Below, one piece after another: positions 1 to 10,437 of a DNA stretch of 64,000 bases. Below the pieces are notes generated by a model. It was not told the DNA's origin. It ran no database searches and saw only the letters and a list, made by a program, of their open reading frames with translations. The translations under genes and the position numbers were made by a program. The stretch covers positions 640,001 to 704,000 of the forward strand of contig OZ219787.1 in the NCBI GenBank assembly GCA_964291285.2. Direction: 5' to 3'. Origin of the DNA: Alphaproteobacteria bacterium. GTDB lineage: Bacteria > Pseudomonadota > Alphaproteobacteria > Bin95. Numbering within the stretch: the stretch's first letter is position 1; each line of letters starts with the position of its first letter.

Positions 1-337
1 TCGACACGTTGACAATGTCGTGGCCCTTCTGTCCCTGCACCTCGCCGGCGAGCACCGCCGGCAACTGCAGATGGGCGACATGGTCCAAGCGGACCGAAAC
101 GCCGGCCTGCTTGCCGAACTCCTCGAACTGGCGCTTGAGCTCCTCGTCCGACGCCGGCACGAAGTGCGACCATGCCAGCATCCGCAATTCCCGCTCCTGC
201 GCATAGGCAGGCGCCTGGCCGGCCGCAAGGATCGCGGCGATGCCGCCACCCACCTTTGCCGACGTTCCAAGGAATTCGCGCCGGCTCTGGGGATGTCCGA
301 GCAGGCCCCCCTTCGGCGTCAGCGTTGTCTTCTCCAT
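1..337 (-). CDS. ABC transporter substrate-binding protein (sugar-binding family) with Tat signal, 5' part only; runs off the window
   Basis: Not in the ORF track. My translation from ATG at 337 is MEKTTLTPKGGLLGHPQSRREFLGTSAKVGGGIAAILAAGQAPAYAQERELRMLAWSHFVPASDEELKRQ... It has an SRREFL twin-arginine motif, an AYA cleavage site and an AGGAGG RBS upstream. Confidence 0.8.
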   Translation of the reverse strand, partial: MEKTTLTPKGGLLGHPQSRREFLGTSAKVGGGIAAILAAGQAPAYAQERELRMLAWSHFVPASDEELKRQFEEFGKQAGVSVRLDHVAHLQLPAVLAGEVQGQKGHDIVNVS

Positions 338-682
338 CGGTTACCTCCTAAGGTGATGGTCGCGAGCCGTGATGTGCTGCGCCGGCATCTCCATGTACTT
401 CGTCGCGACGTCGCAACGCCCGCCCGGAATCGATCTGGCGATGTTCACGGTCACCCCTCTCCCCCCGGAGCGTGTGGGAAGACGCCACGCCACACAAGCA
501 CCACAACAAGATAACTCTGCAGGCAGACGGCGGAGAGGACAAGCAATTTTTGCACAAAAAGCGAAAAAGTTTCTTCTATGCCGCAGCTAATCCCGGAACA
601 AACTAAACGGCATGCCGACTCAGTCCGGGCACGAAAGCCGGCCAAGTCCCGGAATTGTCAATTGGCTATGCAGAAACATTGA

Positions 683-758
683 TGGTGGGCGATGACGGGA
701 TCGAACCGCCGACCCCCTCGGTGTAAACGAGGTGCTCTCCCGGCTGAGCTAATCGCCC
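683..758 (-). tRNA. tRNA-Val(TAC)
   Basis: Reverse complement reads GGGCGATTAGCTCAGCCGGGAGAGCA-CCTCG-TTTACAC-CGAGG...GGTTCGATCC...TCGCCCACCA; 76 nt with encoded CCA. Confidence 0.97.
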
Positions 759-786
759 CCCAGGCCCGGGCTCGCCCGACCTGCCG

Positions 787-1059
787 TTAATTCACGGCGT
801 CTTTCAGGCCCTTCCCGGCCCTGAACTTCGGCTGGTTCGACGGCGCAACATCGATCGTCTCACCTGTCCTGGGGTTCCGCGCCTTCGAAGCCGGCCGATG
901 GGCCACCGAAAAGGTCCCGAAACCGATCAGGCGCACATCCTGACCGTCGGCAAGTGCTTTGCTGATCGTATCGAAAACAGCCTCCACAGCCCGCGCGGCC
1001 TCGGCGCGCTGCAAGTTCGCGGATACTGCGACAGCTCCAACCAGATCGTTCTTGTTCAT
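787..1059 (-). CDS. hup: DNA-binding protein HU
   Basis: MNKNDLV...GFGTFSV...RNPRTGETI...PKFRAGKGLKDAVN; lies downstream of lon as expected. Confidence 0.97.
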   Translation of the reverse strand: MNKNDLVGAVAVSANLQRAEAARAVEAVFDTISKALADGQDVRLIGFGTFSVAHRPASKARNPRTGETIDVAPSNQPKFRAGKGLKDAVN

Positions 1060-1137
1060 TATATCTCCCTCCCGTCTTCGCTGAGGACGGTGCAGTAGCT
1101 AACCCGATTCACTGCATCCGTCCAGAGAAACAATACA

Positions 1138-1165
1138 CAATCGGGAACAATATAGAACCCGATTG
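1138..1165. promoter_or_regulatory. 8-bp inverted repeat between lon and hup (possible terminator or operator)
   Basis: CAATCGGG-N12-CCCGATTG immediately after the lon stop codon; function is inferred. Confidence 0.35.
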
Positions 1166-1169
1166 CATA

Positions 1170-3578
1170 TCAATGCGTAACCATCCCTCCGAAAGTTGCC
1201 CCTTCTACGGCCGGCGGCGGGGTTTCCGCCGCCTCCGGAGGTTGCCAGTCTATCGGCGTCGGGATATCGGTCAGCGCTCGGCCCAGCACTTCGTCGACGG
1301 TCTCTACCGGAACGATCTCGAGGCTGTTCTTCACACTGTCGGGTATCTCCGCGAGGTCCTTCATGTTTTCCTCAGGGATCAACACCGTGGTGATTCCGGC
1401 CCGCAGCGCCGCGAGCAGCTTTTCCTTCAGTCCGCCGATCGGCAGAACCCGGCCGCGCAGCGTGATCTCTCCGGTCATGGCGACATGGCGACGAACCGGG
1501 ATCCCGGTCAACGCCGAAACGATCGACGCGCACATGGCCACGCCTGCCGACGGTCCATCCTTGGGTGTCGCCCCTTCCGGAACATGGACGTGAATATCCC
1601 GGCGGTCGAACTCCGGTGGCGCGATGCCGAACCGCAACATCCGGGACCGAACGAAGCTGCGCGCCGCCTCGACGGATTCCTGCATCACATCGCCAAGCTT
1701 GCCCGTATGCTTCACATTGCCCTTGCCCGGCATGACGACGGCTTCGACCGACAGGATCTCGCCGCCGACTTCCGTCCAGGCGAGCCCCGTCGACACGCCG
1801 ACGAGGTCTTCCAGCTCGGTCTGCCCGAAGCGGAACTTGCGTACGCCCGCATAGGTCTCGAGATTGTCGCTCTCGATCTCGACTGCGCCGGCCTCGCTCG
1901 TCGCCAGCTCCTTCACTGCCTTGCGCTGCAGGTTTGCAAGCTCACGCTCAAGATTCCGGACGCCGGCCTCGCGCGTGTAGTAGCGGATAAGGTCGCGCAG
2001 CGCGCCGTCCGAGATCGTCCACTCTTCACTCTTGAGCCCGTGTGCGGCCAGCTGCTTGTCGATCAGGTGACGGCGGGCGATCTCGACTTTCTCGTCTTCG
2101 GTGTATCCGGGAATGCGGATCACTTCCATGCGGTCGAGCAGGGGCTGCGGCAGCCGGAGCGTATTCGCCGTCGTGATGAACATCACATCCGACAGGTCGT
2201 AGTCCACTTCGAGATAGTGGTCGTTGAAGGTGCCGTTCTGCTCCGGGTCGAGCACTTCCAGAAGCGCCGACGACGGATCGCCGCGCCAGTCGGCGCCCAG
2301 CTTGTCCACCTCGTCCAGCAGGAAGAGCGGGTTGGACGATTTGGCCTTCTTCATGCCCTGGACCACCTTGCCGGGCATGGAGCCGATATAGGTGCGCCGA
2401 TGCCCCCGGATCTCGGCCTCGTCGCGCACCCCGCCGAGCGACATGCGCACGAAATTGCGGCCCGTGGCGCGCGCGATCGACTTGCCCAGCGAGGTCTTGC
2501 CGACACCGGGCGGACCGACCAGGCAGAGGATCGGCCCCTTCACCTTCCGCACGCGGTTCTGGACCGCCAGATATTCGACGATCCGTTCCTTCACCTTTTC
2601 CAGACCGTAATGGTCTTCGTCGAGGATGCGCTCCGCGCCGCGGACATCCCGCTTTATCCTGGTCCGTTTCTTCCAGGGGATCCCCAGCATCCAGTCGAGA
2701 TAGTTGCGCACGACGGTCGCCTCGGCCGACATCGGGCTCATGCTGCGCAGCTTCTTGAGCTCGGCGGTCGCCTTTTCCGCCGCTTCCTTCGAGAGGCGCG
2801 TGTTCTTGATCTTCTCGTCGAGTTCCGAGAGCTCGTCGCGGCCTTCCCCACCGTCGCCCAGCTCCTTCTGGATCGCCTTCATCTGCTCGTTCAGATAGTA
2901 CTCGCGCTGCGTGCGCTCCATCTGCCGCTTGACGCGCGAGCGGACCCGTTTCTCGACCTCGAGCACATCCATCTCGCCTTCCATGCAGGCATAGACGCGC
3001 TCCAGGCGCTCGAAGACCGGTATGGTTTCGAGCAGCTCCTGCTTCTCGGCGATCTTCAGGCTCAGATGTGCCGCAACCGTATCCGCAAGCTTCGAGGGGT
3101 CTTCGATCTGGCCGACCGTGGCGATGACCTCGGGCGGGATCTTCTTGTTGAGCTTCACATAGTTCTCGAAATGCGACACCACCGAGCGGACCAGCGCGGA
3201 CAGTTCCTGCGGGTCCCCATGGGCGCTTTCCGGAATGTCCCGGGCCGCCGTCTCGAAGAACTCGGGCCGCTCGGTATAGGCCAGGATTTCGGCGCGGCTC
3301 TGCCCCTCCACCAACACCTTCACGGCGCCGTCGGGCAGCTTCAGCAGCTGGAGCACGGAGCCCACCGTGCCGATCCGGAAAATATCGTCCGGGCCTGGCT
3401 CGTCGACGGCCGCATCCTTCTGCGTGACCAGCAGGATGTGCTTGTCGTTCTTCATCGTCTCTTCGAGAGCCAGCACGGACTTCTCGCGCCCGACGAAGAG
3501 CGGCACGATCATGTGCGGAAAGACTACGATGTCCCGCAAGGGAAGAACGGGATAGAGATCGCCGCTGGTACTACTCAT
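1170..3578 (-). CDS. lon: ATP-dependent protease La (Lon)
   Basis: [11 protein letters not shown]-domain, Walker [10 protein letters not shown], catalytic KDGPSAG, IGGLKEK. Confidence 0.99.
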   Translation of the reverse strand: MSSTSGDLYPVLPLRDIVVFPHMIVPLFVGREKSVLALEETMKNDKHILLVTQKDAAVDEPGPDDIFRIGTVGSVLQLLKLPDGAVKVLVEGQSRAEILAYTERPEFFETAARDIPESAHGDPQELSALVRSVVSHFENYVKLNKKIPPEVIATVGQIEDPSKLADTVAAHLSLKIAEKQELLETIPVFERLERVYACMEGEMDVLEVEKRVRSRVKRQMERTQREYYLNEQMKAIQKELGDGGEGRDELSELDEKIKNTRLSKEAAEKATAELKKLRSMSPMSAEATVVRNYLDWMLGIPWKKRTRIKRDVRGAERILDEDHYGLEKVKERIVEYLAVQNRVRKVKGPILCLVGPPGVGKTSLGKSIARATGRNFVRMSLGGVRDEAEIRGHRRTYIGSMPGKVVQGMKKAKSSNPLFLLDEVDKLGADWRGDPSSALLEVLDPEQNGTFNDHYLEVDYDLSDVMFITTANTLRLPQPLLDRMEVIRIPGYTEDEKVEIARRHLIDKQLAAHGLKSEEWTISDGALRDLIRYYTREAGVRNLERELANLQRKAVKELATSEAGAVEIESDNLETYAGVRKFRFGQTELEDLVGVSTGLAWTEVGGEILSVEAVVMPGKGNVKHTGKLGDVMQESVEAARSFVRSRMLRFGIAPPEFDRRDIHVHVPEGATPKDGPSAGVAMCASIVSALTGIPVRRHVAMTGEITLRGRVLPIGGLKEKLLAALRAGITTVLIPEENMKDLAEIPDSVKNSLEIVPVETVDEVLGRALTDIPTPIDWQPPEAAETPPPAVEGATFGGMVTH

Positions 3579-3679
3579 GATGCATCCTCGGGAGGCTCTG
3601 TGAGTGGCAAGGCTGCCTCGATGACATCATTTTACAACCGCCTCGCACGGTTCTTATCTGGGAAGGGGCCGCGGCCCGT

Positions 3680-4942
3680 TCAAGCGCCCGCCTTGGTCTC
3701 GTTGCCCCGCTCGACGTAGATCTGCAAGGGTCGCGCCCGCCCCTCCACCACTTCGCGGCTGATGACGATCTCCTCGACCCCCTCCATGCTCGGCAGCTCG
3801 AACATGCTGTCGAGAAGGATGCTCTCCATGATCGCCCGGAGTCCGCGCGCGCCCGTCTTGCGCGAAATCGCCTTGGCGGCGATGCCCTTCAAGGCATCCT
3901 CGGCAAATGTGAGACGCACATCCTCCATGTCGAACAGTCGCTGGTACTGCTTGACGAGGGCGTTCTTCGGCCGGGTGAGGATTTCGATCAGCGCGCCCTC
4001 CTCAAGGTCCTCGAGGGTGGCGATGACCGGCAGCCTGCCCACAAACTCGGGAATGAGACCGAACCGCAGCAGGTCTTCCGGTTCGATACCCTTCAGAACC
4101 TCGCCGGTCTGGCGGTCCTCGGGCGCGCTCACATCGGCACCGAAGCCTATCGACGACCCCCTGCCCCGCTGCGAGATGATCTTTTCCAGCCCTGAAAAGG
4201 CGCCGCCGCAGATGAACAGGATATTCGTCGTGTCCACCTGCAGGAATTCCTGCTGCGGGTGCTTGCGCCCGCCCTGCGGAGGCACTGAGGCGACGGTCCC
4301 CTCCATGATCTTGAGCAGTGCCTGCTGCACGCCTTCGCCGGAGACGTCCCGCGTGATCGACGGGTTGTCCGACTTGCGGGAAATCTTGTCCACCTCGTCG
4401 ATATAGACGATCCCGCGCTGAGCCCGCTCCACATTGTAATCCGCGGCCTGCAACAGGCGCAGAATGATGTTCTCCACATCCTCGCCGACATAGCCGGCTT
4501 CGGTCAGCGTCGTCGCGTCCGCCATGGTGAACGGCACATCGAGAATGCGGGCCAGCGTCTGCGCGAGCAGCGTCTTGCCGCATCCCGTCGGGCCGATCAG
4601 CAGAATATTCGACTTCGCGATCTCGACATCGCCCGCCTTGGCGTTGCTGCCGAGACGCTTGTAGTGATTGTGCACGGCAACGGAGAGGACACGCTTGGCG
4701 CGATCCTGGCCGATAACATAGTCGTCGAGGACCTTGCAGATACGCGCCGGAGTCGGAACACCGTCTCTCGATTTCACGAGGGAACTTCGATTCTCCTCGC
4801 GAATGATGTCCATGCACAGTTCGACGCACTCGTCGCAAATGAACACGGTCGGCCCCGCGATCAGCTTGCGGACCTCGTGTTGACTTTTTCCGCAGAACGA
4901 ACAGTAAAGCGTGTTCTTGGAATCGCCGCTCGATTTGCTCAT
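3680..4942 (-). CDS. clpX: ATP-dependent Clp protease ATP-binding subunit ClpX
   Basis: [20 protein letters not shown] zinc finger, [25 protein letters not shown] loop; start placed at MSKSS. Confidence 0.99.
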   Translation of the reverse strand: MSKSSGDSKNTLYCSFCGKSQHEVRKLIAGPTVFICDECVELCMDIIREENRSSLVKSRDGVPTPARICKVLDDYVIGQDRAKRVLSVAVHNHYKRLGSNAKAGDVEIAKSNILLIGPTGCGKTLLAQTLARILDVPFTMADATTLTEAGYVGEDVENIILRLLQAADYNVERAQRGIVYIDEVDKISRKSDNPSITRDVSGEGVQQALLKIMEGTVASVPPQGGRKHPQQEFLQVDTTNILFICGGAFSGLEKIISQRGRGSSIGFGADVSAPEDRQTGEVLKGIEPEDLLRFGLIPEFVGRLPVIATLEDLEEGALIEILTRPKNALVKQYQRLFDMEDVRLTFAEDALKGIAAKAISRKTGARGLRAIMESILLDSMFELPSMEGVEEIVISREVVEGRARPLQIYVERGNETKAGA

Positions 4943-5063
4943 CTTCGATCCCAACATTCCCCGAAGCGGCAGCCCGAAAGCCGCACCGGCATGTTAGCGG
5001 GGTTTGCCCGCCGGGCCAACGCTTTCCGTATCGACATGGATTGCCGCGCCTGCAGCAGCTTTT

Positions 5064-5696
5064 TCAGGCCGGTTCCTCTTCGCCCGGGATACGGTGTTCG
5101 ACCACCTCGTCCACGATGCCGAATTCCCGGGCTTCCTCCGGGCTCATGAAGCGGTCGCGGTCAAGCGCTTCCTCCACCTTTTCAAGCGATTGGCTGCAGT
5201 GCTTCACATAGATTTCGTTCAGCCGCCCCCGGAGCGCCAGGATCTCGCGCGCATGAATTTCTATGTCGCTGGCCTGGCCGTGAAATCCGCCGGAAGGCTG
5301 ATGCACCATCACCCGCGCATTGGGCAGTGCGTAGCGCTTGCCCGGGGCCCCGGCGGACAGCAGCAGCGACCCCATCGAAGCGGCCTGCCCGATGCACACG
5401 GTCGAGACGTCGCAGCGGATATATTGCATGGTGTCGTAGATCGCGAGGCCGGCCGTCACCGCGCCGCCCGGCGAGTTGATGTAGAACGAGATGTCCTTGC
5501 TGGGATTCTCCGCCTCCAGAAACAGCAACTGCGCCGCAATTAGCGCGCCCACCTGGTCGAAGACCGGCCCCGTCAGAAAGATGATCCTCTCCTTGAGCAG
5601 CCGGGAATAAATGTCATAGGCGCGTTCGCCCCGGTTGGTGCTCTCCACCACCATGGGCACGAGCGTGTTCATATGGACTTCCTTCGGATCGCGCAT
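5064..5696 (-). CDS. clpP: ATP-dependent Clp protease proteolytic subunit ClpP
   Basis: [41 protein letters not shown]. Confidence 0.99.
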   Translation of the reverse strand: MRDPKEVHMNTLVPMVVESTNRGERAYDIYSRLLKERIIFLTGPVFDQVGALIAAQLLFLEAENPSKDISFYINSPGGAVTAGLAIYDTMQYIRCDVSTVCIGQAASMGSLLLSAGAPGKRYALPNARVMVHQPSGGFHGQASDIEIHAREILALRGRLNEIYVKHCSQSLEKVEEALDRDRFMSPEEAREFGIVDEVVEHRIPGEEEPA

Positions 5697-5705
5697 GGCC
5701 GCCGC

Positions 5706-7058
5706 CTACTCCTCTTCGGAAACGCCTTCGGACGCCGCGATCAACTCCTCGGCGCTCACCTCGCGGGTCGTGACCTGGGCGAGTTCGAGAATGAATTCGA
5801 CCACCTTGTTCTCCAGAATCGGCCCCTCGAACTGCGACAGGGCCGACGGGTTCTTGCGATAGAAGTCCAGTACGACCTGTTCCTGTCCGGGAAACTGCTG
5901 AACCTGCGAAGCCATGGCCCGCTGCAGGTCTTCCTGATTGACCTCGATATTGTTCTGCCGGCCGACTTCGGCAAGCAGCAGGCCGAGGCGGATGCGCCGC
6001 TCCGCGACCTTCCTGTACTCGTCCTTCAGCTCGTCGTCGGTCTTGCCCTCGCGAACCTCTTCCGCGTCGGATTCCTCCAGCCGCTTCTCGATTTCGCCCC
6101 AGATCGACCCGAACTCGGTCTCGACCATGCTCTCGGGCAGGGGGAAGTCGTGCTCCTCCTCCAGCCGGTCGAAGAGCTGCCTTTTGACGACCATGCGGGC
6201 GACCCCGCCATAGTGTCCCTTGATACGGTCGACGACGCTCTGGCGCAGTGCTGCAAGATCGTCGAAACCGACCCGCTTCGCCATCTCGTCGTCCGGATCG
6301 ACGGCCTTCCGCTCCCGGATTTCCTTGATCTCCACCGAAAACACCGCGGCTTTGCCGGCCAGGTGCGCCGCGTTGTACTCCTCCGGGAACTCGACCTCGA
6401 CATCGCGGGACTCGCCGGCGCGGGCGCCGACCAGCTGGTCCTCGAAGCCGGGAATGAACTCACCGGTGCCGAGTTCGATCTCGTAGTCTTCCGCAGCCCC
6501 GCCCGCAAACGCCTCGCCGTCGATCTTGCCTTCGAAGTCGATGGTCAGGGTATCGCCCTGCGCAGCGCCGCGGTCGTCCTCTACAGGCGCCAGCTCGGCG
6601 GTGGCCTTGGCGATGCGCTCGATTTCTTCTTCCACGACCTCGTCGGCGGGCTCGGCTTCAAGGCGCTCGAGTTCCAGGGAAGCGAAGTCGATAGGCTCGA
6701 TGTCCGGCAGCGCCTCGACACTGACGGTGTATTCAAGATCCGCCCCGGCCGGCAGCCCGTTCGCGAGGTCCGAGACCATGTCGATCTGCGGCATGACCGC
6801 CGGCTTCAGGCCCCGTTCTTCTATCGCCTGCTGCGTGCCGCGGTTGATGGTGTCCTCGAGAATCTCCCCCTCGACCGCCCTGCCGAAGCGCTGGCGCAGG
6901 ATCTTCAACGGCGCCTTCCCCGGCCTGAACCCAGGCAGGCGCATGTTCGCGCCGTATTCGGCGAGCTTGTCGTCGATCTTTGAGCGCAGGTCTTCGGCCG
7001 GCACGACAACACGGAAATCGTGCTTCAGCCCATCGGCAAGTGTCTCGGTAATCTGCAT
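5706..7058 (-). CDS. tig: Trigger factor
   Basis: GFRPGKAP ribosome-binding motif and FKBP domain (IDFEGKIDG...FIPGFEDQL). Confidence 0.98.
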   Translation of the reverse strand: MQITETLADGLKHDFRVVVPAEDLRSKIDDKLAEYGANMRLPGFRPGKAPLKILRQRFGRAVEGEILEDTINRGTQQAIEERGLKPAVMPQIDMVSDLANGLPAGADLEYTVSVEALPDIEPIDFASLELERLEAEPADEVVEEEIERIAKATAELAPVEDDRGAAQGDTLTIDFEGKIDGEAFAGGAAEDYEIELGTGEFIPGFEDQLVGARAGESRDVEVEFPEEYNAAHLAGKAAVFSVEIKEIRERKAVDPDDEMAKRVGFDDLAALRQSVVDRIKGHYGGVARMVVKRQLFDRLEEEHDFPLPESMVETEFGSIWGEIEKRLEESDAEEVREGKTDDELKDEYRKVAERRIRLGLLLAEVGRQNNIEVNQEDLQRAMASQVQQFPGQEQVVLDFYRKNPSALSQFEGPILENKVVEFILELAQVTTREVSAEELIAASEGVSEEE

Positions 7059-7108
7059 ATGAAGGGCTTCAACTGGTTACGGTCGACGGCGCCCGGCCGG
7101 GCGGTCCC

Positions 7109-7194
7109 TGGTGCGGGCGGAGGGACTTGAACCCCCACGGCCGCCGGCCACCGGATCCTAAGTCCGGCGCGTCTACCAATTCCGCCACGCCCGC
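7109..7194 (-). tRNA. tRNA-Leu(TAG)
   Basis: Reverse complement reads GCGGGCGTGGCGGAATTGGTAGACGCG-CCGGA-CTTAGGA-TCCGG...GGTTCAAGTCC...GCCCGCACCA; long variable arm; typical position upstream of tig. Confidence 0.97.
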
Positions 7195-7233
7195 CGGGGA
7201 GGGGCGGAGACTTATATCGAAAAGCCGGCTGGC

Positions 7234-9522
7234 TCAAGAGCGCAGCGAAAGCTTCGCGGCCGCCCCGAGAATGGCATCCGTATCCAGGCCGTGAGCCTGG
7301 TAAAGGTCGGGGATGTCGCCCGACTGGCCGAAATCCGTCGTCCCCAGCGCCTCGACACGATGTCCGGCAACCGAGCCGAGCCACCCGAGCGCGCTCGGGT
7401 GGCCGTCAAGAACGGTCACCAGCCCGCCCTTGCGCGACACCGGACCCAACAGCCGGGCCACGCAACTCCCGTCGCCGCGCGCCAGCCAGTCGTCATGCAA
7501 GCGGTCGATAGAGGTGACCGCCAGCAGGCCCGCTCCGGGGACGTCTTCGCGTACTGCCGCAAGCGCTGCCAGGGCTTCGGGAAGCACCGGCCCCATGGCG
7601 ACGATCGCGAGCTCCGTGCCGTCTGCCGGCGGCTCCAGCCAGTAGCCTCCAGAGATCACAGCTGAAACATCCAGCTCGCGCTCCGGCTGACCGAGCGGCC
7701 GGGTCGAAAGGCGCAGGTAAACCGATCCGCCCTCCCTAGCCTGCATGTGTTCGAAACCCCAATGCATGATTGCGGCGAGCTCGTCCGCGTAAGCCGGTTC
7801 GAATGCAGTCAGACCGGGCTGGGCAATGCCGATGTTCGGCGTGGTGCTGGACTGGTGCGCGCCGCCTTCCGGAGCAAGCGTGATGCCCGAGGGGGTCGCC
7901 ACGACCATGAAGCGCGCGTCCTGGTATGCGGCGTAGTTGAGGGCATCCAACCCCCGGGCGATAAACGGGTCGTAAAGCGTTCCAACCGGAAAGAGGCGCT
8001 CGCCGGTAAGTTCCGCCGAAAGGCCGAGCGCGGCCAAGCAAAGGAACAGGTTGTTCTCCGCTATGCCGAGTTCGACATGCTGGCCGGTCGGACCCTGCCG
8101 CCACCGCTGCGCCGAGACGACATTCTCTTCCCGGAAGACATCCTCCACGACTTCGCGCGCGAATATGCCGCGCCGGTTCACCCAGCCGCCGAGCCCTGTG
8201 GAAACCGTGACATCCGGCGAGGCGGTCACGATACGGTCTGCGAGCGGTCCGCCTTCCCGGGCGATTTCGACCAGAATTCGCCCGAACGCCTCCTGGGTAG
8301 ACATGCGCGCGCCAGCCGGCGCCTCCAGCCGGCCAGGCAGCGCGACCGGCGGCGCTTCCCGGCGGCGGGGTGGACTGCAGAAGAAGGACGAGCCTTCAAT
8401 GGCCGCGTGCAGCCGTTCCGGCGCGATGTCCAGCCCGGCTTCGGGTTCCCACTCCTCGCCCGGCCGGATGCCGACGGATGCCCGGAACGCTTCCATCTGA
8501 TCCGGATTCATGAGTCCGGCGTGGTTGTCCTTGTGGCCCGCGAAAGGCAGGCCGTAGCCCTTGATCGTGTAGGCGATGAAGCAAGTCGGCCGGTCGTCCT
8601 CGACCGCGGCGAACCCTTCGAGCACGGCAGCCATGTCCTGCCCGGCAAGATTGGTCATGAGGCCGTGCAGCTGCTCGTCGTCATGGCGCTTCAGCAGGCT
8701 GCGGATTCCGGCGAGATGGCCGAGGTCGTCCTCCAGCGCCTCTCTCCAAGCTGCCCCACCCTTGTACACGAGGGCCGAGTAGCGGGAGTTCGGGCAATCG
8801 TCGATCCAGCGTTCCAGAGCCTTGCCGTCCCGTTTCCGGAAGGCCGCCTGAAGGCGTTTTCCGTATTTGAGCGTGTGGACCTGCCATCCCATCGCCCGGA
8901 AAATGCCGTCGAAGCGCCGGAACAGGCGGTCGGTGACGACCGAGTCCAGGCTCTGGCGGTTGTAGTCAATGATCCACCACAGATTGCGGACATCATGTTT
9001 CCAGCCTTCGAGCATCGCTTCGAAGATATTGCCCTCGTCGATCTCGGCATCGCCCATTACGGCCACCATCCGTCCGGGCGGGCTGCCGTCCCCCAGCCCT
9101 TTCAGGCGCACATAGTCCTGCATGATGGAGGCGAATGTGGTGATCCCCACCCCGAGCCCGACCGAGCCGGTGGAGAAATCGACGTCGTCGCTGTCCTTGG
9201 TGCGCGAGGGATAGCTTTGTGCGCCGCCGAACGCGCGAAAGCGCTCCAGTTTCTCGCGCGACTGCCGCCCGAGCAGATACTGGATGGCATGATAGACCGG
9301 GCTTGCATGAGGCTTCACCGCCACCCGGTCGCCCAGCTTCAGCGTGTCGAAATAGAGCGCCGTCAAGATCGTCGCGACCGACGCGCTGGACGCCTGGTGC
9401 CCTCCCACCTTCAACCCGTCGCGGCTCTCGCGGAGGTGGTTGGCGTTGTGGATCATCCAGGAAGACAGCCAGAGCACCTTGCGCTCGAGCGCTTCCAGGT
9501 CTGCAAGGCGTTCCGCGTCCAT
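7234..9522 (-). CDS. Thiamine-diphosphate-dependent transketolase-like / AceE-type pyruvate dehydrogenase E1-like protein
   Basis: KVGGHQASSAS, FSTGSVGLG, ThDP motif GDAEIDEG...N, HVELGIAENN, EGGAHQS. Start placed at MDAERL because the longer ORF overlaps the divergent gene. Confidence 0.88.
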   Translation of the reverse strand: MDAERLADLEALERKVLWLSSWMIHNANHLRESRDGLKVGGHQASSASVATILTALYFDTLKLGDRVAVKPHASPVYHAIQYLLGRQSREKLERFRAFGGAQSYPSRTKDSDDVDFSTGSVGLGVGITTFASIMQDYVRLKGLGDGSPPGRMVAVMGDAEIDEGNIFEAMLEGWKHDVRNLWWIIDYNRQSLDSVVTDRLFRRFDGIFRAMGWQVHTLKYGKRLQAAFRKRDGKALERWIDDCPNSRYSALVYKGGAAWREALEDDLGHLAGIRSLLKRHDDEQLHGLMTNLAGQDMAAVLEGFAAVEDDRPTCFIAYTIKGYGLPFAGHKDNHAGLMNPDQMEAFRASVGIRPGEEWEPEAGLDIAPERLHAAIEGSSFFCSPPRRREAPPVALPGRLEAPAGARMSTQEAFGRILVEIAREGGPLADRIVTASPDVTVSTGLGGWVNRRGIFAREVVEDVFREENVVSAQRWRQGPTGQHVELGIAENNLFLCLAALGLSAELTGERLFPVGTLYDPFIARGLDALNYAAYQDARFMVVATPSGITLAPEGGAHQSSTTPNIGIAQPGLTAFEPAYADELAAIMHWGFEHMQAREGGSVYLRLSTRPLGQPERELDVSAVISGGYWLEPPADGTELAIVAMGPVLPEALAALAAVREDVPGAGLLAVTSIDRLHDDWLARGDGSCVARLLGPVSRKGGLVTVLDGHPSALGWLGSVAGHRVEALGTTDFGQSGDIPDLYQAHGLDTDAILGAAAKLSLRS

Positions 9523-9576
9523 GCTTCTTTTCAAGCGCCTTCCAGACTGGTTCAATCGCTGCCGGGAGGAAACGCC

Positions 9577-10437
9577 ATGACCGTCACCTTCAAGCAACTG
9601 ACCCCGGTGTTCGGCGCCGAAGTCTCGGGCGTCGATATCGCCAAGGGTGTGAGCAACTCCGACTTTGCCGAAATCGCCCGCCTTTTCAACGATTATTCGG
9701 TTCTGGTGTTCAGGGGCCAGCATATAGACGACCGGCAGCAGATCGAATTTTCAAGGCGGTTCGGGCCGCTGGAAGGCACCGTGCGCTCCAATGTCGGCGC
9801 GGGGTCCGAGATTGCGGTCATCTCCAATATCGATCCGGAAACCGACACGATCCTTCCAGTGGAAGACTGGCGCAATGTGTACAACTCCGGCAACGAGATG
9901 TGGCACACGGACAGTTCGTTCAAGCGCGTGCCCGCCACGGCTTCGCTGCTGTCCGGGCGCGAGGTGCCTCCCGAAGAGGGCGAAACCGAATTCGCCACCG
10001 GCCGCGCCGCCTGGGACGATCTGGAGGATGCCCTCAAGGAGGAGCTGGACGGTCTGATCGCCATCCATGACTTTGCTTATTCGCGCGGGTTGATACGCGG
10101 CGACCTTGTGGACGAGGCGCAGCGCAGCGAAACGCCGCCGGTGCCGCAGGCCGTGGTCCGCAGCAACCCGGCCAACGGCCGCCGCAACCTCTACGCCGGC
10201 GCCCATGCGAGCCACATACGCGGCCGCGATGTCGAGGAGAGCCGTGCCCTTATGCGCAGGCTGACCGAGCGCATCGTGCAGGAGCGCTACACCTACGCCC
10301 ACAGCTGGCGGCAGGGCGATCTGGTCATGTGGGATAACCGCTGCTGCCTGCATCGCGGCCGGCCCTGGAACAAGGGGAAATACCGCCGGGTGATGCATCG
10401 CACGACCGTCGCCGGAATCGGACCCACCGCCGCGTGA
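9577..10437 (+). CDS. TauD/TfdA family Fe(II)/alpha-ketoglutarate-dependent dioxygenase
   Basis: C-terminal part of ORF 7747..10437: MTVTFKQLTPVFGAEVSG, WHTDSSF (HxD), WDNRCCLHR; GGGAGG RBS. Confidence 0.93.
   Translation: MTVTFKQLTPVFGAEVSGVDIAKGVSNSDFAEIARLFNDYSVLVFRGQHIDDRQQIEFSRRFGPLEGTVRSNVGAGSEIAVISNIDPETDTILPVEDWRNVYNSGNEMWHTDSSFKRVPATASLLSGREVPPEEGETEFATGRAAWDDLEDALKEELDGLIAIHDFAYSRGLIRGDLVDEAQRSETPPVPQAVVRSNPANGRRNLYAGAHASHIRGRDVEESRALMRRLTERIVQERYTYAHSWRQGDLVMWDNRCCLHRGRPWNKGKYRRVMHRTTVAGIGPTAA

Noticed and set aside
560-682. Prophage or island attachment site at the tRNA-Val 3' end (also considered for tRNA-Ser and tRNA-Leu)
   Set aside because: No integrase and no duplicated tRNA 3' end noticed within the window; sequence beyond position 1 cannot be assessed.
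1145-1158. GAAC-N6-GAAC as an alphaproteobacterial LexA box upstream of hup
   Set aside because: The consensus needs a 7-nt spacer; this has 6.
1173-3719. 848-aa ORF antisense to lon, and similar long shadow ORFs (e.g. 34698..37979, 29966..32371, 41196..43628, 26368..28809)
   Set aside because: They overlap well-supported genes, are Arg/Ala/Gly/Pro-rich, and carry no recognisable motifs; this is expected from stop-codon scarcity in high-GC DNA.
7747-10437. Apparent 896-aa protein ending in a TauD domain
   Set aside because: The N-terminal 610 codons are the antisense shadow of the transketolase-like gene; the real start with RBS is at 9577.
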